Shown piece after piece: positions 1 through 10,473 of a stretch of DNA of 64,000 nucleotides. The stretch comes from an uncultured Gammaproteobacteria bacterium (GTDB lineage: Bacteria > Patescibacteriota > Microgenomatia > Levybacterales > UBA12049): assembly GCA_964515545.1 (NCBI GenBank), contig CAZERI010000003.1:21224-85223 (forward strand), written 5' to 3'. The notes beneath the pieces were generated by a model. It searched no databases. It was not told the origin of the DNA and saw nothing but the letters and a program-made list of their open reading frames with translations. Within the stretch, counting starts at the first letter, position 1; each line of letters starts with the position of its first letter. A program made the translations under genes and the position numbers.

Positions 1-1
1 G

Positions 2-1225
2 ACACGAAGAGAATTACTAGGGAACACAGTAGGCTTAGCATCTACCATCTCTTCCGTTCCCCCATTTATCAATGGTTCTATAGATATAGCAGAAAGAAAA
101 GCTGACCAAATAGGAGAGATCGTTGAGTCTATCCTCCATCCTAGTGCAAGCCGTGAAATTTATGAGTATATTGGCGGGAGACCCGAGGCAACTATTGAGA
201 CTCACCCAGATATCTTTAAAGTAGATAGAATTGAGTGGGGAGAGTTAGAACCAACTGGCGGGAGAGATATTATTGCTGCAGGTAGTCTCTCTTCAGATGG
301 TCATAGTTTTGTGGGGATTGAGCTAGAAGGTACGGAAGATCCATTATATTCTTCTCCTTTTTTCACTGTCATATTAAATGATAGGACCATACATGCTGGG
401 ATTGTCCAAGGTCCTCAAAGTAATAAAACACAGGTTGCTCTGGGTTTCCTTCCCGAGGGTGAAAGCGAATTACGTGTCCTCCATACCTCCCAATCTGATT
501 TTTTAGACCAAGACAATCCTCAGGTGAAAGTATTTGAGTTAGAGGCTGAGCATCCTCTTCTGCGCGAGTTTGTTTTCCCCTCACTTCCAGCTATTGGTGA
601 GAAAATATATAGTGATTTTCCTCTTGAGTTAGGGTTCCGAGAAGATGCTCCAATTGGCTCAGATCTCCATCTTTTTGTAGATGATGAAGAATGCGTACAA
701 GTGCTTAATGGTATTAATCTTAAAGAGCGTGTAGGTGATCCCCATAGAATTTTGGAAGGAAGAAAAAAAAGACACGAATATTTAAGTTCGTGTGATATTG
801 ATGCGAAGCAAGTTGGAAAAGCTTTAATAGAAGATGGCAGCTGCAAAGAGTTGGGGTATCAAAGAGATACTTTTATCCTAGGACAAAAATTCCTCAGTCA
901 TAGAATATATATTGATAAACATTTTAGTCCATCCCGGCATCTAAGGTCAATCCCTAGGTTTAAGAATGGATTACAGGAGGTTGGTACTCATGGGATGCTT
1001 ACGCGAGCTGGATCGCCTTCTGTAAGTTATACCTATATGCCAGAGTTTTCAGGATACAATTGGCGGGATTCAGGGTGGAATAGGGCAGCAGCTGTTGCTA
1101 ATCTACGTCAGCTACTTTTGACAGGGGCAATTAATCCCGATGACGAGATAATTCAGGATTTTGTAAAAAGAGAGTTAGCAGGAGAAGAAGAATTAATTAC
1201 TACTAGTAATTTTTGGATGCGTTAG
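2..1225 (+). CDS. hypothetical protein, 5' end cut by window edge (frame open from nt 2; first in-frame ATG at 311)
   Basis: No stop in frame 2 from nt 2 to 1225. No recognisable motif. Somewhat more GC-rich than neighbours. Confidence 0.45.
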   Translation, partial: TRRELLGNTVGLASTISSVPPFINGSIDIAERKADQIGEIVESILHPSASREIYEYIGGRPEATIETHPDIFKVDRIEWGELEPTGGRDIIAAGSLSSDGHSFVGIELEGTEDPLYSSPFFTVILNDRTIHAGIVQGPQSNKTQVALGFLPEGESELRVLHTSQSDFLDQDNPQVKVFELEAEHPLLREFVFPSLPAIGEKIYSDFPLELGFREDAPIGSDLHLFVDDEECVQVLNGINLKERVGDPHRILEGRKKRHEYLSSCDIDAKQVGKALIEDGSCKELGYQRDTFILGQKFLSHRIYIDKHFSPSRHLRSIPRFKNGLQEVGTHGMLTRAGSPSVSYTYMPEFSGYNWRDSGWNRAAAVANLRQLLLTGAINPDDEIIQDFVKRELAGEEELITTSNFWMR

Positions 1226-1271
1226 CGATCAAATAGTGACTGTAATCATAGTAATACTCTATACTAGGTAA

Positions 1272-1820
1272 GTGTTATTAACGATTGTTATCTTTCTAGT
1301 TACTCTCTCGTTGCTGTTATTTCTTCTCTCTATGATCTGGCCTCCAGATAGTCCATGGTCTCCTTGGTGGAGAACAAATGGTAAAGTTGCCAGAGCTATG
1401 ATTAAACTTGCTGCTATTACAAAAAATGACATTATCTACGATTTAGGCTGTGGAGATGGGACAGTTCTTTTAACGGCAGCCAAATCAAAGCAAGCCAGAG
1501 GCATAGGACTCGAGATTGATCCTTCGCGTGTATTGATCGCAAAAGCGAGAATCAGGTTTGAAGGCGTCACTAGATTAGTCACCATAAAACGTAAAGACCT
1601 CTTTTTAGAGGATATTTCCGAAGCAAGTGTTGTCGTTGTCTATTTAGTTCCAAAGACATTAAAGAGACTTGAAACAAAATTTATGACAGAACTCAAACCA
1701 GGAACGAGAGTCATAAGTTATGTATACCCTATCTCTTATCTTCCGCTAATCGGTAAGGACGAAAAAAGGCAGATTAATCTTTATGCAATTCCCAAGAAAA
1801 TCAACAAGCAAAAACATTAA
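1272..1820 (+). CDS. class I SAM-dependent methyltransferase with N-terminal TM helix
   Basis: N-terminal hydrophobic segment, then the motif I-like sequence DLGCGDGTV and downstream acidic/hydrophobic strands typical of the Rossmann methyltransferase fold. Confidence 0.55.
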   Translation: MLLTIVIFLVTLSLLLFLLSMIWPPDSPWSPWWRTNGKVARAMIKLAAITKNDIIYDLGCGDGTVLLTAAKSKQARGIGLEIDPSRVLIAKARIRFEGVTRLVTIKRKDLFLEDISEASVVVVYLVPKTLKRLETKFMTELKPGTRVISYVYPISYLPLIGKDEKRQINLYAIPKKINKQKH

Positions 1821-3192
1821 TAGAATTAATAACTCCCTCTGAATGAAAAGGAAATCTCTGAAGAAGATGACAATCCTTTGTCAATAATTTTTTATCGACA
1901 ATATTAGTCATAATATCTTGTTTTACATTAATTTCTGGATACCAAGCTCCAGTAGTAATAACCCCACTATGATTTCTTATCGCATCCTGCGTAAGGTCTC
2001 GAGCGTTAAGGTATCCTTTTTTAAAAATATTGTCATTAGTATCTATAATGCCATTAAGAAGGGGGATTTTACTTTGATAAGAAATAGCAGGCGTAATACC
2101 ATTAACACCATAAAGACTTGAGATATTATTTGTGGTAAGTATGTCTACTATTTGAGTTGCAGGTATTATCTGTAAGTCATCAAATCCGTTAAAATAGGAA
2201 AAGAAATTATACAATGTAAAGATAAGAACGATAGTTGGGATCATAAAACGATTTAATGAAACCCTCTCATATAGTTCTTTAAGAAATATGGGAAAGCTAA
2301 GAATAATCAAAGGAAGAGTTACATTAAGATAAAGATAATAAACATCTTTATACATATAAAAGAAGATAAGACTTAGTACTGCAAAGAATCCAAAAAATGA
2401 CTTTTTCTTTATCAAAATCACAATACATAACAAAAGAAGACTAACGAAAAGAAAATCATGCATGATGAGGAAATAGATAATGTTTGTTTTACTTACACCC
2501 TCAGAGCGTGTTAATGAGTAAGCAAAAACATCCAGGAAAAAAGAATGTGAGGCAAGAATAAGAGATGGCAATAAGACTAAAGCACTAGTGATGCCTCCTC
2601 CAATAAAAAAACTAAGTAATGCTTTCCGATTATTGAATATAAAAAAGAGTATATAACTAAGAAAAAGAGGTAATGAATATGCCTTAGTAAGAAGTGCTAA
2701 TGCTGTAAGTATTCCAACTAAATAGTATTTTTTCTTTATAAAGAAAAAATAACTGCTCACTCCAAAGAGAGCTGCTAAAAAGACTCCTGATTGATGACTG
2801 GAGGTAGACAGTATCATAAAGGAGAATAAATAAAGAAAAAGAGTAGTAGTAGAAGTAAGTCTTGAGGAACTTTCTTTAAAAGCGAGGTAATATATTATCC
2901 CGCTGGTAACAGTAATCTCCAAAATCGCAGTGAAATAATAAAAAAGAAGATTACCTCCAGAAACGAGAAAATAAAGACTAGCTATATAAGGAATAAGAGG
3001 AAAATTTGTAAAGAAAATATCTTTGTATAGGATTTTACCGCTAAGTAATTCTTTTCCTGTTAAGAAATAAATATTGGTATCTGAAAGTCTAATTCCTAAG
3101 TTCTGCAGCTTAATAAAAACAAAAATAGTTATACAAATGATAAAAGGAATGAAAATAAAACCTGTATTTTTTTTCATATTAATTTTTTTCAT
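1801..3192 (-). CDS. polytopic membrane protein with C-terminal soluble domain, putative GT-C-like glycosyltransferase
   Basis: More than 10 predicted TM helices. 4-nt overlap with the upstream TPR/GT-C gene. No catalytic motif confirmed. Confidence 0.35.
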   Translation of the reverse strand: MKKINMKKNTGFIFIPFIICITIFVFIKLQNLGIRLSDTNIYFLTGKELLSGKILYKDIFFTNFPLIPYIASLYFLVSGGNLLFYYFTAILEITVTSGIIYYLAFKESSSRLTSTTTLFLYLFSFMILSTSSHQSGVFLAALFGVSSYFFFIKKKYYLVGILTALALLTKAYSLPLFLSYILFFIFNNRKALLSFFIGGGITSALVLLPSLILASHSFFLDVFAYSLTRSEGVSKTNIIYFLIMHDFLFVSLLLLCIVILIKKKSFFGFFAVLSLIFFYMYKDVYYLYLNVTLPLIILSFPIFLKELYERVSLNRFMIPTIVLIFTLYNFFSYFNGFDDLQIIPATQIVDILTTNNISSLYGVNGITPAISYQSKIPLLNGIIDTNDNIFKKGYLNARDLTQDAIRNHSGVITTGAWYPEINVKQDIMTNIVDKKLLTKDCHLLQRFPFHSEGVINSINVFAC

Positions 3193-4787
3193 AGATTATG
3201 AAGGAGTGTATTAAATTGCGGATTATTTTTTCCTAATTTCAGCAAGCTTTCATGAACAAAATCTAGACCCTGTTTGTTATTTGTCTTTTGATAGAGCATG
3301 TAGAGTTTTACATAGGATAAATAAAAAGTAGGTGAGAGTGTAAGCGCTTTTTTATATTCTTTTTCAGCATTTCTGGTATCTTGAATACTTGCATAGGAAT
3401 TAGCTAAGTTGTAATGCGTTTCAGGATATCCATCTCCTAGCTCAATGGCTTTTTTGTAAATGTCAATTGCATGATTCGGTTCTCCTAAGTCTGCATAAGC
3501 CATAGCTAAATTATTGTAGGCTCTAGGACTTTGGACGTGAGATAGGGTTTGTGTGTAAAAAGTAATAGGATCATGCCACTCTGTATTTCTGGAGATAGTA
3601 CGAATACAAAGAAGAACTATAATTACTAGTATAAGTAAACTAATCCCCTCTTTAATAATGGGTCTGGCTTTCTGGGAGAGCGATAATAGAAGATAAAAAA
3701 ACAAAAGAAAAAATCCCACAGATGGAAAGAACAAAAAATGTTCATAGAAGATTCCATTAATTGGCAGAATTCCACTAGTCGGAATAAAAGTTATAACAAT
3801 CCATAAAAGACTAAAGAGAATGATGGGCCATTTCTCCCTCTTCCATATTGCATAGCCCATGGCTGCAATACTTCCCATAAGAGTAATGATTATGGGTAAG
3901 GTTAGAAAAGTCATAATATGTACCTCGCTATCTCTTTCCATAAAAAGAGACTTGGGGTAGATGAGAAGACTTAGATATCTCGGAACTAAATCAAAAAAAG
4001 TTATAAGTCTAACTAGAAGGTTACTGGAATAAATATTCGCAGAATTGTAGAAATTTAATGTGTTATTAAAATTGAGAGCAGTAATTCTGAGGATAAAATA
4101 GATCCCCGTAATAAAGGCATAGGGAGCTGTTTGGATTATTGAGTCTACAATAGCTTTTTTAGAAAAAGATTTTTTTGAAAACAGAAAAACAATAAAAATG
4201 AGACCTGGGCTCATTAAAGCAATTTCTTTGGAAAGTAGTGCAGCGATAAGCGTTATAAAAGAAAATAAGTGAGTAATACGTTTTTGTGAGGTTATTAAAA
4301 GAAGGGTAAGGATAATGAAGAAAAAACTTAATGGGTCGCCTCTTCCTGATGCATAGGCAATAGCCTCTGTTTGAATGGGATGAATTAAAAAAAAGAGAGA
4401 GACGAAGAAGGCTAATAACTGATCATCAAAAAGTTTTTTTATAAGAAGGAAGAGTAAGGCTCCTCCAAGAAAATGGAGGAAAAAACTATCAAAATGATAA
4501 ATAAACCCATTATCCTTAAACAGTTGGTACTCAATACTAAAGCCCGTAAATAATAAAGGGCGATAATAATTACTTATCTCTCCTGATTCGGATGAGAGGC
4601 TTTTTGTAACGAGATGAGGAAGATCAAAATTTATTACGGCTTGGTTATTGTAGATAAATTGTTCATCATCAAAAAATAATCCATTACTTAATGTAATTCC
4701 ATAGCAAACTACAACAAAAAGGAAAAGAAGTGAGAAAATATAAAAGATATTTAATTGAGAAATCTTAGACAGTAATTGGGAGAACAT
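3189..4787 (-). CDS. TPR-repeat GT-C-type membrane protein (PMT/TMTC-like putative O-glycosyltransferase)
   Basis: Polytopic N-terminal domain, then C-terminal TPR repeats (AYNNLAMAYADLGEPNHAIDIYKKAIELG... YNLANSYASIQD... KEYKKALTLSP). Confidence 0.5.
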   Translation of the reverse strand: MFSQLLSKISQLNIFYIFSLLFLFVVVCYGITLSNGLFFDDEQFIYNNQAVINFDLPHLVTKSLSSESGEISNYYRPLLFTGFSIEYQLFKDNGFIYHFDSFFLHFLGGALLFLLIKKLFDDQLLAFFVSLFFLIHPIQTEAIAYASGRGDPLSFFFIILTLLLITSQKRITHLFSFITLIAALLSKEIALMSPGLIFIVFLFSKKSFSKKAIVDSIIQTAPYAFITGIYFILRITALNFNNTLNFYNSANIYSSNLLVRLITFFDLVPRYLSLLIYPKSLFMERDSEVHIMTFLTLPIIITLMGSIAAMGYAIWKREKWPIILFSLLWIVITFIPTSGILPINGIFYEHFLFFPSVGFFLLFFYLLLSLSQKARPIIKEGISLLILVIIVLLCIRTISRNTEWHDPITFYTQTLSHVQSPRAYNNLAMAYADLGEPNHAIDIYKKAIELGDGYPETHYNLANSYASIQDTRNAEKEYKKALTLSPTFYLSYVKLYMLYQKTNNKQGLDFVHESLLKLGKNNPQFNTLLHNL

Positions 4788-4790
4788 AAG

Positions 4791-5813
4791 TCACTTCTTA
4801 ATTCTTAACAAGATCCATCGTACTTTATCAGAAATTTTATAGAGAAAATACAGGGGGCTATTGAGAATTAAGTCATAACTTCCAATGAACTCTATAGGCT
4901 CAGGTCGAAACCCTTGTTTAAAACGATGAAAGCCATACCATGGATCGAGCTGGTCAGGATCAGGCCCTAAGGCTCCCCACATGTCAAACTTCTTTAGACC
5001 TAGTTTCTTACCAAATTTGATTGCCTCCCACATCATAAGTGTAGAAGCCATTGTCTCTCTATGCTCACTGCTGGATGCTCCATAAGGGTAATACAGGGAG
5101 TCTTTGAAGACAAACAGAATCCATGCAACTAGGATTTTCATGTTATAAGTGGCTACTAGTAGATGAGAAGATAGTTCATTGTATGGACTTTGAGAGTCGT
5201 GTGGAAGGATCTGCCATTGGAGTGAGTGATAGTGGTTTGTATGGGCATAAAATTTCTGCCTTTTGGTAGTCTCAGCAGTTATATCAAGATAGGTCTTAAA
5301 TGCATCTTCAGTATTTTTTTCTGCTACATTAACATTGTGTTTCTGTGCGACTCTAATATTGTAACGAGTCTTAGGATGGAGATTTTTTAAAAGTTCCTCT
5401 TCAGATTTATTTAGGTCAAGGACAAATGTATATTTTGTAAAAAGCGGATGCGCTGCTTTTTGTAGCCCCAGGTTATATAATGTCTTCTCATATTCCTCAT
5501 TCTGTCTCTCATTGGGTTCAATTTGTATGAAAATACAGTTATTTTTTTTACCGATTTCACGGAGAGTTTGGATGTAGGCTTTATTAGGGAGACTTCCTTT
5601 AGGGAGATATCCGATGTTCCATTTGGTCCTAGGGACTGGATGGAGAGTGAGTGTAAAACCATCTACAAGTTTAGTCTCATCATAAATTCCTATTCTCACT
5701 ACGTGAAGTCCCTCTTTTTTTCGGAATTCCCCCCATTCATAGGACTGGAGAGGATGAGAAACAATTCTATTATATGATTTACGCTCTTCTTCCCCTATCT
5801 CTGCTATTCTCAT
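4791..5813 (-). CDS. FemAB-family-like peptidoglycan bridge-forming aminoacyltransferase (GNAT fold); tentative
   Basis: About 340 aa soluble protein with a YEWGEFRK-type N-terminal region. Size and context fit FemX/FemAB. Not verified. Confidence 0.35.
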   Translation of the reverse strand: MRIAEIGEEERKSYNRIVSHPLQSYEWGEFRKKEGLHVVRIGIYDETKLVDGFTLTLHPVPRTKWNIGYLPKGSLPNKAYIQTLREIGKKNNCIFIQIEPNERQNEEYEKTLYNLGLQKAAHPLFTKYTFVLDLNKSEEELLKNLHPKTRYNIRVAQKHNVNVAEKNTEDAFKTYLDITAETTKRQKFYAHTNHYHSLQWQILPHDSQSPYNELSSHLLVATYNMKILVAWILFVFKDSLYYPYGASSSEHRETMASTLMMWEAIKFGKKLGLKKFDMWGALGPDPDQLDPWYGFHRFKQGFRPEPIEFIGSYDLILNSPLYFLYKISDKVRWILLRIKK

Positions 5814-5888
5814 ACTTCTATTGTACCAAACGCAGCTAGGGGTGTTAATTGATAGAGTCTTTTTAAGATGATAAACTTTTAAAATAGT

Positions 5889-6716
5889 ATGGAAATAGGA
5901 GGAGAAATAGAAAAAAATAAAGATAATAATGAGTTAGGTACGCCACTCCAAAAACTTGATTCATACTGGACAGAAGTGGAGCATATGCCAGTTCCAGATT
6001 CTATTCCTAGTATAAGCCTTGATGAATTTCCTGAAGAACATAGAATAGAAATGTTTCATCTTGCCCGTGACGCCTGGGCCTCCCTTTATGAGCCGGATGT
6101 AGTAATTAAGGAGCTTCAAGAAGGAGAGCCGGGTCCGCATCAGAGGAGTTATCTAAAGAATCTAAGAAAGCACGGACTTATTCTCCGTGCAGGATTTCTG
6201 ACACTAGATGGGAGGCACTTAGCCCCTGAGAACCACTGGTTATTCTTAAGACTTTTAGGAGAATTAAACGATAGATATAATACACCTCAGAGAGCTGAAT
6301 CAGCTGCAAGATTAGCTGACTTTGTTAAGGAGAGATATATGACATTAGATGGATTAGAATTTTTCCCCGCAAGCGACGAATCATTTGCTGGAAATTATAA
6401 GAGGGATCTAGAAAGAGTTACAGAGATTAATTCCTCTCCTACTATGTCTGCAAAAGACTTTCATTCGATGAGGAAGCTTCTTCGTAATACTATGAATATG
6501 TTTCGTCTTTCAGGAACGCTGACATCAGATCCTCAGATGAGAAAGCGGGCACGATATATGCAGGACTTAAATGAGACCTTAGGGCATAAGCAGGATCAAT
6601 TGGTTGAGCAGGATCTTCAAGGTGTAGTTAACTATCAAGATGCCACGGTAATTGTCCCCCATGAGGTAAGGGCTAGAATTAACGGATTTATTAGAGCAAA
6701 TCCTACAGACAGTTAG
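5889..6716 (+). CDS. hypothetical protein (orphan, locally GC-richer)
   Basis: Clean 275-aa ORF with no recognisable motif. Confidence 0.45.
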   Translation: MEIGGEIEKNKDNNELGTPLQKLDSYWTEVEHMPVPDSIPSISLDEFPEEHRIEMFHLARDAWASLYEPDVVIKELQEGEPGPHQRSYLKNLRKHGLILRAGFLTLDGRHLAPENHWLFLRLLGELNDRYNTPQRAESAARLADFVKERYMTLDGLEFFPASDESFAGNYKRDLERVTEINSSPTMSAKDFHSMRKLLRNTMNMFRLSGTLTSDPQMRKRARYMQDLNETLGHKQDQLVEQDLQGVVNYQDATVIVPHEVRARINGFIRANPTDS

Positions 6717-8554
6717 AATAAGTCAGATTCTCCAGTTACAATACTTCGATTAACATTATGCTCAATAACATGTTCTGGAAGTTCGATAAGGAAGCGAGAG
6801 ATAGTATTTGTTGCACGTTGGCCAAAGAAAAGTCTTCTTCGGGCATGGGTCAGAAAGAGTCTCTCTTTGGCTCTTGTCATTCCTACATAGCAAAGTCTCC
6901 GTTCTTCTTCTAACTCCTGCTTGTCCATAAGAGCGCGTGAATGAGGGAAGAGTCCTTCTTCCATCCCAATCATAAAAACCACAGGGAACTCTAACCCCTT
7001 GGCAGCGTGGAGTGTCATGAGTGTTACTGCATTCTTGAATTGTTTTTCTCTCGGGCCTGATGTATATTCCTGCTCAACCAGTGCCACATTTTCTAAGAAC
7101 TCTGTCATACTAGGGAAATTGATTGCAACTGATCTAAGTTCTTTAATGTTTTCTAACCTGGCTCTATCTTCTTCATCATGCTCATCATAGATCTCTAAGT
7201 AGCGTGTTGATTCGAGAACGCTATCTAGTAGTTCAATAGTTGGCACATCTTCTGTATCTTGGTGCTTCTCTAGATATTGTAAAAATCTTTCAAGCCGTGC
7301 TTTCCCCAATTTTTCTATCCGTTTAAGAGAGATTGTCTCATTGCGATTGGCGATATGGCGAAGATATGACAGGACATCTTTGATTTCTTTCCGTTCATAA
7401 AATCTTGTCCCGCCAATTAGTGTATAAGGAATACTATGATGGAGGAACGCCTCCTCAATGACCCGAGATTGTGCGTTGGTTCTGTATAAGACTGCTACAT
7501 CATTTAATTTACTAACCCCTAAACTAATGATTGTCCGGATAATAAAGTCAGCCTCATCTTGTTCGCTTGTTGCCTCATAAATTTCTAAGGCTTCACCGCT
7601 AGGGTTCTCAGTCCATAGCTTAAGAACAGGGTGGGAAGTGTTCCTGGAAATTACTGTCGAAGCAGCATCTAAAATTTTTTGGGTAGATCGATAGTTTTGG
7701 GAAAGAGAGAATGTCTTTGTGTCTTTAAAGTCGTTGGTAAATTTAATAAGGTTCCGATAATCAGCACCTCGCCAGCTGTAGATGCTCTGTGAAAAATCCC
7801 CTACAACGCAAATATTTTTATTTTTTTCAGCTAATAATTTGCTTAAGACATATTGAGCTCTATTCGTATCCTGGTACTCATCAACTAAAATATAGCGAAA
7901 GCGATTTTGATATTTTTTTAAAATTTCTGGATTTTGTTTGAATAATTTTACTGTTTGGAGAATAAGATCATCAAAGTCCAAGGCATCATTCTCTTTCAGA
8001 ATCTTTTGATAGAGGGGATAAATTTTGGCTACAGTCTGCTGGAAGATCCCTCTGGCAAAAGTACTGTACTCATCTTCATAAATCAACTCATTTTTAGCAC
8101 CAGATATTGTTGCAAGGATAGATGCTGGTTTGAAATCTTTAGGAGATATCAATAATCTATGCATTGCTTCTTTTATGACGTCCATCTGATCATTATCATC
8201 ATAAATAACAAAACTACGTGAAATGCCAAGGTGTTCTCCGTCAAAACGTAAAATTCTGGCACAAAGGGAGTGAAAAGTTGCAACAAATGGCTGTCCAGTA
8301 GGAATGCCTTCTTCAAGAAGAGAAAAGAATTTTTGCATTCGCTCCTTCATCTCTCCTGCAGCTTTGTTAGTAAAGGTTACCATAAGAATTTCCTCAGGTG
8401 TTATACCTTTTTCTAAAATAAGGTACATTACTTTATAGGTAAGAACGCGTGTCTTTCCGGATCCAGCCCCTGCTAGAATTATCATTGGTCCATCAGTATT
8501 GAGGACTGCTTTTTTCTGTTCAGGATTTAGGTCATTGAGAAGTGTATGGTCCAT
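6713..8554 (-). CDS. ATP-dependent DNA helicase, UvrD/PcrA/Rep family
   Basis: N-terminal Walker A AGAGSGKT. Helicase motifs FTNKAA, VDEYQDTN, TLHAAKGLEF and MTRAKERL. Confidence 0.85.
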   Translation of the reverse strand: MDHTLLNDLNPEQKKAVLNTDGPMIILAGAGSGKTRVLTYKVMYLILEKGITPEEILMVTFTNKAAGEMKERMQKFFSLLEEGIPTGQPFVATFHSLCARILRFDGEHLGISRSFVIYDDNDQMDVIKEAMHRLLISPKDFKPASILATISGAKNELIYEDEYSTFARGIFQQTVAKIYPLYQKILKENDALDFDDLILQTVKLFKQNPEILKKYQNRFRYILVDEYQDTNRAQYVLSKLLAEKNKNICVVGDFSQSIYSWRGADYRNLIKFTNDFKDTKTFSLSQNYRSTQKILDAASTVISRNTSHPVLKLWTENPSGEALEIYEATSEQDEADFIIRTIISLGVSKLNDVAVLYRTNAQSRVIEEAFLHHSIPYTLIGGTRFYERKEIKDVLSYLRHIANRNETISLKRIEKLGKARLERFLQYLEKHQDTEDVPTIELLDSVLESTRYLEIYDEHDEEDRARLENIKELRSVAINFPSMTEFLENVALVEQEYTSGPREKQFKNAVTLMTLHAAKGLEFPVVFMIGMEEGLFPHSRALMDKQELEEERRLCYVGMTRAKERLFLTHARRRLFFGQRATNTISRFLIELPEHVIEHNVNRSIVTGESDLF

Positions 8555-8593
8555 AAACTATCATGGGAGAGATAGGGATTTGTGTAAAATTCA

Positions 8594-9298
8594 TTGTATC
8601 ATATGAAAAAACTTTTTCTGGTTGGAAATTGGAAATCTCACAAGACAGTACAGGAAGCCCATTCCTTCATGATTGCTTTTTTAAATAGTTCTTTTATAGA
8701 GTGGCTTCATACAAATGAAGAAAGTAACGATAAATCTAAAAGAATTATTATTTGTCCGCCTTTTTTGCTTCTACCTGAGTTAGCTAGAATGCTTGAGCAT
8801 AGAGATGCAAAAATTCCACTCGATTTAGGAACTCAGGATATATCTCCTTTTCCTGCTGGTTCTCATACTGGTGAGGTAGCTGCATCAGAAATTGTAGGAT
8901 TAGCAAAATATGTTATTCTTGGTCATTCAGAGAGACGAAAAGAATTTGGCGAGACAGATGAGTTAATCTCCCAAAAAGCCACAGCAGCTAGGAAGTCAGG
9001 GCTAGAGCCGATTGTCTGCGTCCAAGGAAAAAATACGCCTATTCCGGAAGATGTCAAAATAGTTGCCTATGAGCCAATAGATGCAATTGGATCAGGGCAT
9101 CCTGATAATCCTGATCATGCAGAAGACATAGCAGCCTTTTTAAAGGAAAAGAAGCATATCCCTTATGTTTTATATGGAGGCAGTGTAACTGCAGAAAACG
9201 TTGCTGTATATACTTCAAAACCTCATATAGATGGGGTCTTGGTAGGAGGAGCAAGTCTAGACCCTTCCTCCTTTGCTGAAATTATTCAAAGGGCATAA
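8594..9298 (+). CDS. tpiA: triosephosphate isomerase
   Basis: VGNWKSHKT, GHSERR and AYEPIDAIGSG signature motifs. Confidence 0.85.
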   Translation: MYHMKKLFLVGNWKSHKTVQEAHSFMIAFLNSSFIEWLHTNEESNDKSKRIIICPPFLLLPELARMLEHRDAKIPLDLGTQDISPFPAGSHTGEVAASEIVGLAKYVILGHSERRKEFGETDELISQKATAARKSGLEPIVCVQGKNTPIPEDVKIVAYEPIDAIGSGHPDNPDHAEDIAAFLKEKKHIPYVLYGGSVTAENVAVYTSKPHIDGVLVGGASLDPSSFAEIIQRA

Positions 9299-9324
9299 TC
9301 TTTGCTATAATCATAAAATCCGCT

Positions 9325-10473
9325 ATGCCCCAACGCCGAAAAAAACCATTACAAAGGTTACTACTTCTTATTTTGGGAGTGATTGTACTGGGAGTCAGTA
9401 TTAAGATACTTTTGGCTATTATTAATTATGCTCCTGTTGCTTATCAGGTAGCCTTTAATAAGAATATTGAGCTTAAAAAGACCCAAGACCAACGAGTCAA
9501 TATCCTCCTTTTAGGTATTGGAGGAGGAAGCCATGAGGGTCCCAACCTCACTGACACGATTATCTTTGCCAGTATAGATCCAAAAAATAAAAAAGTTACG
9601 ATGGTTACACTTCCGCGCGATCTATGGGTACCTGATCTCCAGGCTAAGATTAACTATGCCTACGCTTCGGGGGAGGCAGAGAAAAAGAAGAAGGGTCTTC
9701 TTCTTGCTAAAGCAGTAGTAGGAAAGATCCTCGGACAAAAGATAGATTATGGTTTTCGAATTGATTTTAATGGGTTTATAAAGGCCGTAGATAGAATGGG
9801 AGGTTTGGATATTGACGTAGAGCGATCATTTGATGACTATGCATATCCTTTAAGTGGGAAAGAAGATGAGTTATGTGGGGTCTCTGAAGAATCTGTTGCC
9901 AGTATGTCTGCTCAGATTGCTTCAGGTAGTGCAACAGAATTTGATCTTTTCCCTTGCCGTTATGAACATCTTCATTTTGATAAAGGGATACAGCATATGG
10001 ATGGAGATACGGCGCTCAAATATGTAAGATCACGTCATGCTCTCGGTCCTGAAGGTTCTGATTTTGCTCGATCTCAGCGACAGGAACGGGTTATCAATGC
10101 CTTTAAAGATAAAGTGTTCTCAGCTGGAACCTTACTTAATCCAATAACACTCGTAAGTCTTTATGACACTTTTCAAGCGAGTATAGATACCGACATCCAA
10201 AAAAATGAATATGATGATTTTGTAAAGCTTGCCCAAAAGATGAAGGGATCAACGACTAAAAATTATGTAATTGATACAGGAAATGAGAGTGGCGATCGCC
10301 CAGATCTTCTTATTAATCCTCCGTTATCGCCTGATCGATATGGTGGAGCGTGGGTATTAGTACCTAAAGCAGGCCCTAGTAATTATGGAAAAATCCAAGC
10401 ATATGTTAAATGTCTGGTGGAAAATATCGGTTGTCCAATCACCCCAACCCCCTCCAAGCCTATCAGCAAATAA
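9325..10473 (+). CDS. LytR-CpsA-Psr (LCP) family glycopolymer-to-peptidoglycan ligase
   Basis: N-terminal TM anchor, then the LCP core ILLLGIGGG...DTIIFASIDP...TMVTLPRDLWV. Confidence 0.75.
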   Translation: MPQRRKKPLQRLLLLILGVIVLGVSIKILLAIINYAPVAYQVAFNKNIELKKTQDQRVNILLLGIGGGSHEGPNLTDTIIFASIDPKNKKVTMVTLPRDLWVPDLQAKINYAYASGEAEKKKKGLLLAKAVVGKILGQKIDYGFRIDFNGFIKAVDRMGGLDIDVERSFDDYAYPLSGKEDELCGVSEESVASMSAQIASGSATEFDLFPCRYEHLHFDKGIQHMDGDTALKYVRSRHALGPEGSDFARSQRQERVINAFKDKVFSAGTLLNPITLVSLYDTFQASIDTDIQKNEYDDFVKLAQKMKGSTTKNYVIDTGNESGDRPDLLINPPLSPDRYGGAWVLVPKAGPSNYGKIQAYVKCLVENIGCPITPTPSKPISK

